DNA of 64,000 nucleotides from Octopus vulgaris (Eukaryota): NCBI GenBank assembly GCA_951406725.2, contig OX597827.1, positions 4,402,001 to 4,466,000 of the forward strand, read 5' to 3'. Shown piece by piece: positions 1 to 11,574 of this stretch (position 1 is its first letter; each line of letters starts with the position of its first letter). The notes under the pieces were generated by a model. It saw only the letters and a program-made list of their open reading frames with translations, ran no database searches and was not told where the DNA came from. The position numbers and the translations under genes were made by a program.

Positions 1-254
1 TTCCTTTTATCTTCTGACTTTTCCCTCAGTCTAACTTTCTAAAGTAGAGTAGAAGTTCAAAACATCAAAGACATTTCTACTTCCTTCCCTTTCTATAAAC
101 CTAAACCTAGTAATCATTCTTTGTCATTACTTTGTCTTCTGAGTTGCAATTTTTTGTCATTAAATGCAGACGCACATACACACACACACATACAAATAAA
201 CATTTGCACACACAGACGTATAATTTATTTAAAGTTCATTCTATATGAGTCACT

Positions 255-410
255 GTGTGAGCTGAAGAATTTCACTTCACAACCTGTGATTTCAGGTTCA
301 GTTCCCACTCCATGGCACTTTGGGCAAGTATCTTTTACAATAACCCTGAGCTACTCAAAGCCCTGTGAGTAGAATTAGTATACAGAAGTTGTAAAAAGCC
401 CCTCATGTGT
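255..410 (+). mobile_element. Degraded family-A SINE head
   Basis: GGTTCAGTTCCCACT..TGGCACTTTGGGCAAGT matches the intact copies. Confidence 0.65.
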
Positions 411-512
411 ATCTTTGTATCTTTGTGTGTATGTGAGTATGCGTAAATGTGTGTGTGTGTGTGTGTGATTGTGTGTGTGTGTGTCTGTGTGTAACTGTGT
501 GTGTGTACCAGC

Positions 513-740
513 GGCGAGCTGGCAGAAACGTTAGCACGCCGGGCGAAACGCGTTGCCGTATTTTGTCTGCCGTTACGTTCCGAGTTCAAATTCCGCCGAG
601 GTCGACTTTGCCTTTCATCCTTCCGGGGTCGATAAATTAAGTACCAGTTACGCACTGGGGTCGATGTAATCGACTTAATCCGTTTGTCTGTCCTTGTTTG
701 TCTCCTCTGTGTTTAGCCCCTTGTGGGTAGTAAAGAAATA
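513..740 (+). mobile_element. tRNA-derived SINE, family B (octopus OK/OR-type)
   Basis: GGCGAGCTGGCAGAAACGTTAGC head, B-box-like GAGTTCAAATTCC, GCCTTTCATCCTT..GGGGTCGATAAATTAAGTACCAG; near-identical copies at 26244 and 26492. Confidence 0.85.
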
Positions 741-929
741 TATATTTATACCTCTCTGAAAATCACTGAGCTGCAAATAAATACTTAATCATTCCCCCTC
801 TTGATAAATCATTGGCAGGATTTATAACACCCCCCCCCCCCCCCAAGATGTGTGGAATAAGAGATTCCTTTCTTGAAAAAAATTTAAGGATTAGCGGTTG
901 TAAAGGTATCTGGCTGCAAAACAATGACT

Positions 930-1650
930 CAATATATTCACTGAACACAATTCTAAAGTTTGGTGCTAGCCCCTCCAGTATCTTCCACACATATATCACT
1001 GCATACCTCTCCCATCCTCACTCCATGGAGGAGAGTCACATCTCTTTTCAGTCTCTCCCAGTAGCTCAGCTGTTCCATTGATGCAATTTTCCTAGTATAA
1101 TATCGCTGAACCACCTCAAGTTTTGCTATTAATCTGACACTCCAGAGCGATCACAGTTGAGATCATTACTCCAGATGGGTGAGGACAAATGTCCTCCATA
1201 GGACCAGCCTATTTTCCTAGCCCCTTGTTCTGAAGGCTCTCAGAATCCACCTGGCCATTCACCTGTGCACTGGCAGCATCTTGGTGATATGCATGTGAAG
1301 CGAGGCAGAGTTGCTCATATCAGTCCCAAGATGATGCACCTTTTGTGATACGTGTAATGGCCACATAACAATATAGCAGCCGGCACTCAATATTGTTAGT
1401 GAGACACAACTTTTATCTGTTGATGTACCAAATGAGACCCAGACTGCAAAATGGATCCAACACATCGTGATGAATCGAACACTGTATAGAATAAAGTTTA
1501 GTACCAAATCCATCTTCTCATTACTTAATTATTATAATTACCTCACTGACACTGTGGATTTTTCTGAAGGTGATCCAGCAGAAATATACGATGACTGTGG
1601 ATCACAACAGGCACCAGTGCTCTACTCAACACTTGAACACACTAATCGAC
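930..1650 (-). mobile_element. Decayed CR1/L2-group LINE, RT/C-terminal fragment
   Basis: Broken frames include IYVWKILEGLAPNF, typical of the ORF2 C-terminal region; same family as 42605-43130. Confidence 0.7.
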
Positions 1651-1692
1651 TTATACTTATCAGTCCAAAATATTAATTACCTGCATATATAT

Positions 1693-1729
<37 letters not shown>

Positions 1730-1881
1730 TCAAAATAAGCAACAAGAATGACTCCAGAGTCATTCTTGTTGCTTATTTTGAGTATAATCACCTCACAAAT
1801 TTTTATGGATAACACCATACAGAATTCTGGTGCATCTAAATTAAGTACCATATTCATTTGAATCTAAATTTTTGCTGAACG

Positions 1882-1915
<34 letters not shown>

Positions 1916-2318
1916 TGCAGCTGGGTCAACTAAATGTATACATGCTTCATCAAAGTACATTAGGACACTTATTGGAATTTAATGAGAATAATACTGTAAT
2001 AAACAAATTTTTGAAGATGTATAATTTTCCATTCTTCTTTATGTTGTCCTGACAATCTTTAAAGTGTATGAAATCCAATGAAGTGAACTCAGGATTTACC
2101 TGTCGAATGTGGTACCAGGTAAATGTTTATCTTAAAGAAAAGAATTCAGTATGTTCCCTGTCATTTAATGTGGTTAGACAGATCTCGATTATATCAGAGT
2201 GCTAATAAGGTATCTGCCTGGATTCTAAATCTCTATTTCTTTATGTATAAATATATATATGCATGTACATACATACATGTATGTATCTATATGTATGTTA
2301 TACAGTATATATACATAC

Positions 2319-2363
<45 letters not shown>

Positions 2364-2846
2364 AACATATATATAGATATATGTACATATATGTATGTGT
2401 GTGTGTATGAACATATACCTGCTTAAACTTAGGTAGATACATATAAAATATATGCATATACATACATTACACACACACATATATATAGATAGATAGATTG
2501 ATAGATAGATAGATATAAATATATATAGACATGCATGTGTGTCTATGTATTTAACTATGTGTAATAAGTATGTGTATCTGTTTATAAATGTATGTACACT
2601 TCTGTAAATATGTGTATATTTATAAATGCACACACACACACACAAACATATGCTCACACACACTCATATATATGCATGTACATATACATCTGTGTATGTA
2701 TACAAATACACATGAGCAAACATACAAACTTTCTTACACACAAAAACACATGCACATGCATGCATGAAAGTGTATATTTTCTCACACACAGAAACACACA
2801 CACACATGTACCACAACCACATGTACATGCATACTTTCATTCCCTC

Positions 2847-2893
<47 letters not shown>

Positions 2894-4023
2894 CTGTAGT
2901 TTAATATCAGTTTTTATTGCATTCAGTGAATTCAATTGGGTCCTATTAAAACCAATAATAAATTTAACCTTGTATGCTTCCATTGCAAAAATTCTAAACC
3001 AAAAATCCGAAAAAGTAAGAAAAAATGGTAAATAAAATCTGACACCCTGATGAAGTTACAGTATTGTGTAAAAATAAGTAAGCATTAAAATAACACAACA
3101 CACACACACAAATAAAAAAAATAAACCTAGCTATTCCTACTATGTATCAGATACCTTTCATCTTTAATGCACATTGGTATTTTTGCATCATTGAATTCTA
3201 TCTAACTAGAGAATTTGTCCATCAGGTTATTTACCTACCAATGTACAATATCTCATTGCTTTCAAAATAAAAAAAAAACACTGAATAATTGAGTCACATG
3301 CTCTGTTTAAATTAAATTTATTTGTGCATTATCACCTCAAGCACTTTAACACTACATTATTTTCCATTCTCTTCAGTAGTGTAAGGCAATTTTATGAGCT
3401 ACCCAATTATTGAATATTTGCGTTGCTCTCAACTACGTATTTTTTTTTTTTTGTTACTGTGTAGATACTGTAAATGGCTATCCATGACAAAACTTTAAAT
3501 CTTGTTTTCACTTCTCAATATCTATCACATCAATATGAATCATGAAAAGCCATGTTCACTAATGATCAACTTCAACTTTGACAGAAGCACGCTCTAAGTA
3601 TCCAACAATCTATATACTACATTTCCAGCATTCTTCCATTTCCTTTTTTCTTGTCCTTTTTCTCTACATTATATACATCTCTGCAAATCCAACCATGTTC
3701 TTTTACTTCTAAATATAAACTACATCATGTCTGAAATGATATTAGCTCTTGATTAGCTTATATATTCTCTATTAATAAGGACATTCAATGCATTATTCAT
3801 CTGAATATACAGAGACAGTACTACAATCATAGACTCTACTTGTCTTGCTTTTGAAATCGCAGTTCATGACATGACCAACCTTGCCAAGGGAGACCACATA
3901 GATATGCAGACAGTCTAAAAAATTTCACCTCCAACCATAGCTGTTGCTATTTACTAACTTCTTTTATCTTAACCTTTGTGATAAAATTATAAGACAATAT
4001 ACTTTATATTTTAATTACACTAA

Positions 4024-4241
4024 CTAACTCTTTAGCATTCAGATTACTCTTTCAAATGTAACGTTTATTTATTCACATTGTTTTGAATTAATCATACATT
4101 ATCTCATAGCTTTGAGATTTTGATGATGTGATTGTTTATTTTTAGAATGACATTGTAGCATAGGTGTGAGAGGCTGGATCTAACCAGTTTGAACATAAAA
4201 CAGATAGAATATTTGGGCCAGTTTAAATGCTGAAAGGTTAA
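4024..4241 (+). mobile_element. piggyBac-like MITE, family 1
   Basis: TAACTCTTTAGCATT...AATGCTGAAAGGTTAA termini; body shared with copies at 9196, 13448, 55920 and 63122. Confidence 0.75.
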
Positions 4242-4793
4242 ATATTCATTTACTGGTTAATCAAAAGACTTTCTTTTCAGTCATTGTCGAAATAAATCCT
4301 TACTGAGGAGCTTTTTTAGCACTCATGTTAATTTATATTAATTCCAATCACTGCCAACTAACATCTTATTCTAGTAACATTTCCTAACCAATTCTTGTCA
4401 ACCCACCACCAACTCCACCACCACCTGCATCATCACTATCAATGTATTGCAGTGATTACCACCACCATTGCCACTACCACTGCTGCCACTACCCCCTCCC
4501 CACCTCTGCCACCATATCCCTTGCACCACTGTCACCACCACTAGCACCAGTACCCCCCCCCCCCGCTATTACCACCAGTTATCAACTCTACTAATAAGTA
4601 CTGTCATTGCAAACAAGATAACACGAGAACATTCATGCTATTACTCAACCTGCAAGAAATAGTAGTCAAATCTCTCATGAATCATGCTCTACTATCTTGA
4701 AAACAAAAGGACCTTTTCGATAATGTCGGGAGCAATAATGAACTGTTCTGCCAAAAGCAACCTAATTTTTTATGCTGATAATGTTGCACAATA

Positions 4794-5219
4794 GGCGCAG
4801 GAGTGGCTGTGTGGTAAGTAGCTTGCTTATGAACTATATGGTTCCGGGTTCAGTCCCACTGCGTGGCATCTTGGGCAAATGTCTTCTACTATAGCCTCGG
4901 GCCGACCAATGCTTTGTGAGTGGATTTGGTAGACGGAAACTGAAAGAAGCCTGTCATATATATGTATATATATATAGGTGTGTGTGTGTGTGTGTGTGTG
5001 TGTCTGTGTTTGTCCCCCTAGCATTGCTTGACAACCGATGCTGGTGTGTTTACGTCCCCGTCACTTAGCGGTTCGGCAAAAAGAGACCGATAGAATAAGT
5101 ACTGGGCTTACAAAGAATAAGTTCCGGGGTCGATTTGCTCGACTAAAGGCGGTGCTCCAGCATGGCCGCAGTCAAATGACTGAAACAAGTAAAAGTAAAA
5201 GAAAAAAAGTAAAAAAATA
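4794..5219 (+). mobile_element. Full-length family-A composite tRNA/CORE-like SINE
   Basis: A box TGGCTGTGTGG, B box GGTTCAGTCCC, TTGGGCAA core, internal (TA)/(TG), 3' module ending GAAACAAGTAAAAG. Confidence 0.9.
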
Positions 5220-5628
5220 TAGCATTCTTATTGTTATTGATTCTACAAATTGATTCTAATCAAACAACTTCTATGAAGGCCTTAACAAATGTTATGCTTC
5301 ATTATCTTCGAGCAGAGCTAAGATTCAGGTGTTTGTCAAAGATCTCAAGGATTTTGTTTACTTGTATGCAGCAAGAATATTTTGATATGTTCCATTCTGT
5401 TTCTCCCTCTTTTTCTTTTCCCTCTCTCTCCCCTTTCTCCCCCTGTATCCCAAAGATTAAGCCACATCAAGAAACTACATTTATCAAACATATGCATGTT
5501 ATTTATGAGGAAAATGTACATTTGCATAAATAAAGACATACATACACATTCAAACATCATTCATTTCCACAGATATGCACACACCAACATACATTATGTA
5601 GATGTCTGCATATAATGAGCATATATAT

Positions 5629-5678
<50 letters not shown>

Positions 5679-5680
5679 TG

Positions 5681-5730
<50 letters not shown>

Positions 5731-5731
<1 letters not shown>

Positions 5732-6036
5732 GAGGCACAATGGCCCAGTGGTTAAGGCAGCGGACTCGTGGTCGTAGGATCGCGGTTTTGATTCCTAGAC
5801 CGGGCGTTGTGAGTGTTTATTGAGCGAAAACACCTAAAAAGCTCCACGAGGGTCAGGCAGGGGGTGGTGATCCATGCTGTACTCTTTCACCACACTTTCT
5901 CTCACTCTTTCTTCTGTTGGCCTGCTCGCTTAGCCAGCGGGATGGCGTCATTCAAATGCTCTAAAACAATGCGAACGCATTCTGACCAGTGATGTGTAAC
6001 AACATCTGATGGTCTGGTCGGTCACGTGATCACGTG

Positions 6037-6038
<2 letters not shown>
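5731..6038 (+). mobile_element. tRNA-derived SINE, family D, inserted in (TA)n
   Basis: A box TGGCCCAGTGG and B box GGTTTTGATTCC, followed by a non-tRNA body ending GTCACGTGATCACGTGA. Confidence 0.8.
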
Positions 6039-6079
<41 letters not shown>

Positions 6080-6084
<5 letters not shown>

Positions 6085-6267
6085 TATATAGAAGGAGCTT
6101 TGGACTAGTACTGTTTCATTCAAGAGAAATCTTCAGGAACTGAAGATTTCTCTTGAATGAAACAGTACTAGTCCTGTAGAAGCTCCTTCTATATAATAAA
6201 TTAATTTTACTCTGCTATGTATTGAGTACCTTACTTACTGTGGTTAACCCCGAATCAACCCGGGACC

Positions 6268-6270
<3 letters not shown>
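6080..6270. mobile_element. Penelope-like terminal remnant with inverted duplication, in (TA)n
   Basis: 35+21-bp inverted arms, CTGAAGA..GAAA core, TATTGAGTA motif, (TA)n on both flanks. Confidence 0.55.
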
Positions 6271-6305
<35 letters not shown>

Positions 6306-6978
6306 CAGAGGTTGCACATAATGATGGAAACACCTAGCATCATAGCATCCTAATTTTGAAATATCTAGAAAACCATCAAAAGCTTGTTTGTTTTTATGTT
6401 TTTTTTATTTATCTTTAGTGTTCCTTAACATGTTTTGCTAAATTTGCTGTTTCTTTTCAGATATCATCAGAGAAAGGTAATTAAAATTCATTAAAATGAC
6501 AGATCTATCGGACTTTCAAAGAGGTTAAATTGATGATGCTCGTATGGCAGGCGCTAGCCTAATGAAAACAGCCAAAATGTTTGGTGTATCAAGAAGTACT
6601 GTCTCAAAAGTGATGACAGCCTTTGAGAAAGAGAGAAAAACCTCCTTGTCGAAACAAAACTCCAGAAGAAAATCAAAACTTTCAGATAGGGACCATCAGA
6701 CTCATATGCGAATTGTTAGAAAGGATCACAAAAGTACAGCCCCCAAAACTACTGCAGCAATTAAAGACTACCTTGAGAACCCAGTTTCCACAAAAACTGT
6801 TCACTGGGAGCTGCACAAAGCTGGATTTCATGGGAGGGCTGCAATCAGAAAACCACTACTTTCAAAAACAAGCGTTGCTAAGCAGAGTGGAGTAAAAACC
6901 TACAGAATTGGTCCCGAGAGCAGTGGAAGAATGTTATTTTCTCAGACGAGTCACCCGTTACCTTATTTCTGACTGCTG
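6306..6978 (+). mobile_element. Tc1 transposon 5' half (paired-like HTH; transposase pseudogene)
   Basis: TA|CAG terminus. From 6496: MTDLSDFQRG*...FGVSRSTVSKV...RKPLLS, then a frameshift to FSDES (first catalytic D) and truncation. Confidence 0.88.
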
Positions 6979-7797
6979 GCAGTCAGAAATGTGGAACTTT
7001 TTGATACCACCTCATATAGATACATATATATATATATAGATACATAGACAGTTAGATAGACAGATAGACATATTTATATGTATAATTGTACGTTTATATA
7101 TATATATACATATGTAACATGTAATCATGTTGGATACATAGTTTACTCTCCTTACATTCTGCATCCCTTTCTTGACACTTCACATTGGATTTCCTTTGTG
7201 TTTTCTTACAAGAAAAGAAGTACGTCACTTAAAGGGCTCCAATAAATATATGAGTTTATTCCAGTACAAAATATGATTCAAACATCCCAGTGGGATTTTA
7301 CAAGTGTTACAAGAAATGTAATAACAGATGTGTTTCCAAATATGAAATGTCGTTCTCCCAGTTAATTAGCAATAGGGTTTTCTTCATGTAAAATTAAACA
7401 GGGCAACTTGAGGAAATAGCCATCTATTTCAGATGGGCTAAGTGTTTTAATAGAGAACATGTTGAAGGCACATGTGTGGCATAAATGCTGAGGGTCACAT
7501 ACACATCTGTGCTTGCTGGATGTCAATCACCAACTGACCTTTTTGGCATGCAGCCAAAGCTAATGGCTGAAAAGACACCACCTATAGTGAGAGCATATAA
7601 ACACTTAGCTGCCAAGGGAGGTTACCCAACCACACTATTTACAGATTGATGTGAGCAAAACTATCTGTGCTATATATATATACATAGATGTATGTATATG
7701 CATATATGTATGTGTATATATATATACATATACATACATATATACATATGTACATATATATATGCATATATATACATATATATATATATACATATGT

Positions 7798-7856
<59 letters not shown>

Positions 7857-7912
7857 ACATATATATATATAATATATATATATATACAAATATATTTATA
7901 TATATGTATATG

Positions 7913-7974
<62 letters not shown>

Positions 7975-8033
7975 CATATGTATACATACATATGTATGAA
8001 TATATATACATACATATATACATATATACATAC

Positions 8034-8094
<61 letters not shown>

Positions 8095-8097
<3 letters not shown>

Positions 8098-8499
8098 TCT
8101 TTTACTCATTTCAGTCATTTGACTGTGGCCATGCTCTAGCACCGCCTTTAGTTGAGCAAATCACCCCCAAGACTTATTCTTTGTAAGCCTAGTACTTATT
8201 CTATCGGTCTCTTTTGCCAAACCACTAAGTTACAGGGACATAAACTCACCAGCATCGGTTGTCAAGCAATGTTGAGGGTACAAACACAAACACACAAACA
8301 TATATACACACATACATGTATATACATACATATATATGACTGGCTTCTTTCAGTTTCTGTCTACCAAATCCACTCACAAGGCTTTGGGTCAGGCCGATGC
8401 TATAGTAGAAGACACTTGCTCAAGGTGCCATGCAGTGGGACTGAACCCGGAACCATGTGGTTGGCAAGCAAGCTACTAACCACACAGCCACTTCTGCGC
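8095..8499 (-). mobile_element. Family-A SINE, full length
   Basis: Reverse complement of the 4794 copy. Confidence 0.88.
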
Positions 8500-8500
8500 T

Positions 8501-8531
<31 letters not shown>

Positions 8532-9195
8532 GCATACGTACATATATATATACATATATATACACATATATATATATATACACACACATATATATATATA
8601 TATATATACATACATATATATACATGCATTATATATATATGCACATACACACAGAGACACACATATTAACTTCCACTCTCTCACGTTTGCACAGGTCAGA
8701 TGGAATTTTTTCAGTGTTCTTCAGAGCATTAAGAGTTCTGCATTTTCATGAAGAGGGCAAACAGAAAACACTGAGTAAGACCGTAAGAGTTAATAAAAAA
8801 AAAATACCTCTAAATATTGTTAATGGCCATCATCAGACATCACCCAGCTGCTTCTAGAAGCCCATAATGCAACAAAGTTGTCAAATAACAGAGAATCTAT
8901 AAACAAGAGGATTTATTACATGACAGATATTGAAGAAAATACATCGTTTAGAATGTTACTATGGAAACAGTACAAGTAATCATGTAAGTCAGATGATTCA
9001 AATATTTAGCGCTGACATTTCTGCCATCAAGTTCTAAGTTGTTTCTTCTTTCTCTCTCTCCCTCTCCCTCCATCCCTCCAATTTCCTCTCTTTCTTTCTC
9101 TTTCTCCCTATTTTTCTTTTTCCCATGACAAGACAACCTATACACGATCAATCAGCGTGCAAGTAAAGTCTCCCTCATATTACCCCCTACCATCT

Positions 9196-9357
9196 TTAAC
9201 CATTTAGCATTTAAACTGGCCATATCTGGCCCAAAAATTTTACTTGTTTTATGTTCAAAATGGCCAGATCTGGCCTCTCACACCTACCCTACAATGTCAT
9301 TCTGAAAATAAACAATTACATTGTTGAAATTTTATAACCACAAGATAGTGCATGATC
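9196..9357 (-). mobile_element. piggyBac-like MITE family 1, partial
   Basis: TTAACCATTTAGCATTTAAACTGGCC terminus and the shared body. Confidence 0.7.
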
Positions 9358-10344
9358 ACCATAAAAACCCATGTAATTTACACAATTTTTTTCCACCAAA
9401 ACAAAACTAAACTTTAGTGGGTGAGTAAATTACATGAGTAGATTGTTTCCAGAATAGTTTTTTAAATTTGTTTTGTTGAAAAATGATGTACAAATGTAAA
9501 CATTCATACCAGGATTTGACTCATTTAATGTCAAAATAGGTTTTTACAGAAAAAATATAATGAAGTTGACTTTTATTTAAGCTGGACGGTATAATGCTTA
9601 CCTTTTCTGTATAAATTTACTAAAACCATTAAATGGTTAACTACTTTTTGAAGTTTGACCTTCATGCTGGTAATCATGGGCTGGGCCATATTTTACTGCA
9701 TTTAATGACAACAACATCATAATTCTTCCTTGCGCATATAAACTCACTAAATGAATATGACTTAGCGTTCCTACAGAAACCTTAATTTGCCTTATACGAT
9801 GTTTAATGTTGTTTCACATTCATGATGAATTATGCAGCAATCTTATGTTTTCTTCATAGGACACTTGTAATGTATATATTACCAGTTATTTTGGTTTAGT
9901 AGATTTTTGCTATTCTTGTTTATGTCTCCTCACAGATGTGTATATTCTAACAAGTCACTTCTTAAATTTTGCACCTCTTTTGTTCAGTTAAACTTGCAAA
10001 GCTGTTTATTTTCTCCTAATTTTGAATGTTTATTTAAGCAGGTTACCAAACTATCAGTCTGGTCTCCTGGGTAAAATGGTAATGGCAAATTTTAAAGTTT
10101 GCTTGACATTTTATAAGTGTGAAAGGAATTAAAATTTCAATATTCTGTATCAAAGGTTCCAACAAGAATAGGCAGAAAAATCAGAGCTTGAGACAAGAAG
10201 ACACCTTTGACCAACCAGAATTCTGTTTACATAATCAGTTTGATCGGTCACCTTGCACTGTCAGTTGAGCAAAGTGTCATCCAAACTGACGTTTATTGGT
10301 AATTAAACTTATTTTGCAGCACTTTTTTTCTGTAATCTTTTACA

Positions 10345-10535
10345 GTTTCAGTCATTTGACTGTAGCCATGCTGGAGCACCACCTTTAGTTGAACAAATCG
10401 ATCCCAGGACTTAAACTTTGTAAGACAAGTACTTATTCTATCAGTCTTTTTTGCCGAACCACTAAGTTACATGGCTGTAAACACACCAGCATCGTTTGTA
10501 AAGTGATATTGGGTGGGGACAAACACACACATACA
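10345..10535 (-). mobile_element. Family-A SINE, 3' half
   Basis: GTTTCAGTCATTTGACTG..CATGCTGGAGCACC module. Confidence 0.8.
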
Positions 10536-10904
10536 AACAGTAATTTATTTCATCATCATCATCATCATCATTATCGTTTTAGTTTTTACTTTTCCATGCC
10601 TGTATGGGCTAGACGGAGTTTATTCAAGAATTGAGGAAGAGTTTCTATGGCTTGATGCCATTCCTGTCACCAACATTTACTTGTTTCCCAGCAACGTAAT
10701 ATTTCCCCATAGCCAAATGTGTTTTCACTGATATTGGAAATGAAAGGCATTCATTTACGAAAATCACATGACGTCAAGAGGAGACTTAAACATACATACA
10801 GACAAACAATCAGAGAGATAAATAGATTGACATACATGTGTGTGTGTGTGTGTATATATATATGTATATATATATATATCTATATATATATATGCATACA
10901 CTCT

Positions 10905-11058
10905 ATGGAGTGGTTGGTGTTAGGAAGGACATCCAGTCATAAAAACCATGCCAAAACAGACACAGAAGCATGGCACAAGCTCCTGCCTGGCCGGCTCCTG
11001 TCAAACTGTCCAACCCATGCTAGCATGGAATGAGGATGCTGACCAATGATGATGATGT
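10905..11058 (+). mobile_element. Family-C SINE 3' part with (GAT)n tail
   Basis: GGTTGG..TTAGGAAGGACATCCAG..CCAACCCATGCTAGCATGGAA..GATGATG; related copies at 10545(-), 12090, 17290, 23540(-), 25967(-), 44003, 45205 and 59190(-). Confidence 0.75.
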
Positions 11059-11455
11059 TGTATATATATATGTAAATATCTATGTCTATATCTATATCTA
11101 TATATATCTATATGTATGTGTAAATATATATATATATATATAGATATAGATATATATATTTATATATATATATATATATATACGTATATACATGTAACTT
11201 TCATATCGACCAGTTTGATCAACCTGGGGTGCAACATAGTGGGACTGAACCTTCAGCAAACCAAACTCCTGAACCACACAGCCACTCCAACCCTAAAATG
11301 ATAAAAGGCAAAGTTGACTTTGGAGGGCTTTGAAAACAGAACCCACAGCATTTTATCTGATACTCACAGAATCCAATCTACTCGCAGCTTTCAAAGAAAT
11401 ATTATACTATAACTAAATAACAATGCAATATATATCATAACAGCCTAATTTTTTT

Positions 11456-11574
11456 ATGTAGCTTCTTTTGTCCTTGCTACTCTACTTTCCACAATTTGAT
11501 TCCATTCAAGCAACTTTCATGGAAGAGTTATTAACTGCTATGAATAATTATTTTAGAGAAAAGCTAAGATTCAG
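11456..11574 (+). pseudogene. Putative small secreted-peptide gene, copy 2, exon (ATG-TAG at codons 1-2, or acceptor AG at 11461)
   Basis: M*LLLSLLLYFPQFDSIQATFMEELLTAMNNYFREKLRF, donor CAG|GTGTTT. Its last 28 codons align without gaps to the copy-1 exon ending at 5328. Confidence 0.45.

Larger units (their letters stand above)
4772..8857 (+). pseudogene. Putative small secreted-peptide gene, copy 1, interrupted by a SINE
   Basis: Removing the SINE (4794-5219) gives MLIMLHNIAFLLLLILQIDSNQTTSMKALTNVMLHYLRAELRF. Donor CAG|GTGTTT at 5328; phase-matched acceptor TTTGCACAG|G at 8694/8695, open to TAG at 8857. Paralogous to 11456-11574. Confidence 0.45.

Noticed and set aside
3728-3860. Fourth peptide paralog (..NKDIQC..)
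   Set aside because: Needs several frameshifts; similarity is within chance.
5731-5805. tRNA gene
   Set aside because: A/B boxes present, but the B box is mutated, there is no clean cloverleaf and it runs into a SINE body.
8695-8782. Voltage-sensor S4 exon (FRALRVL)
   Set aside because: Only two spaced arginines and no other channel exons nearby.
9360-10330. pogo-like transposase relic
   Set aside because: Terminus-like motifs seen, but no translatable motif to support it.
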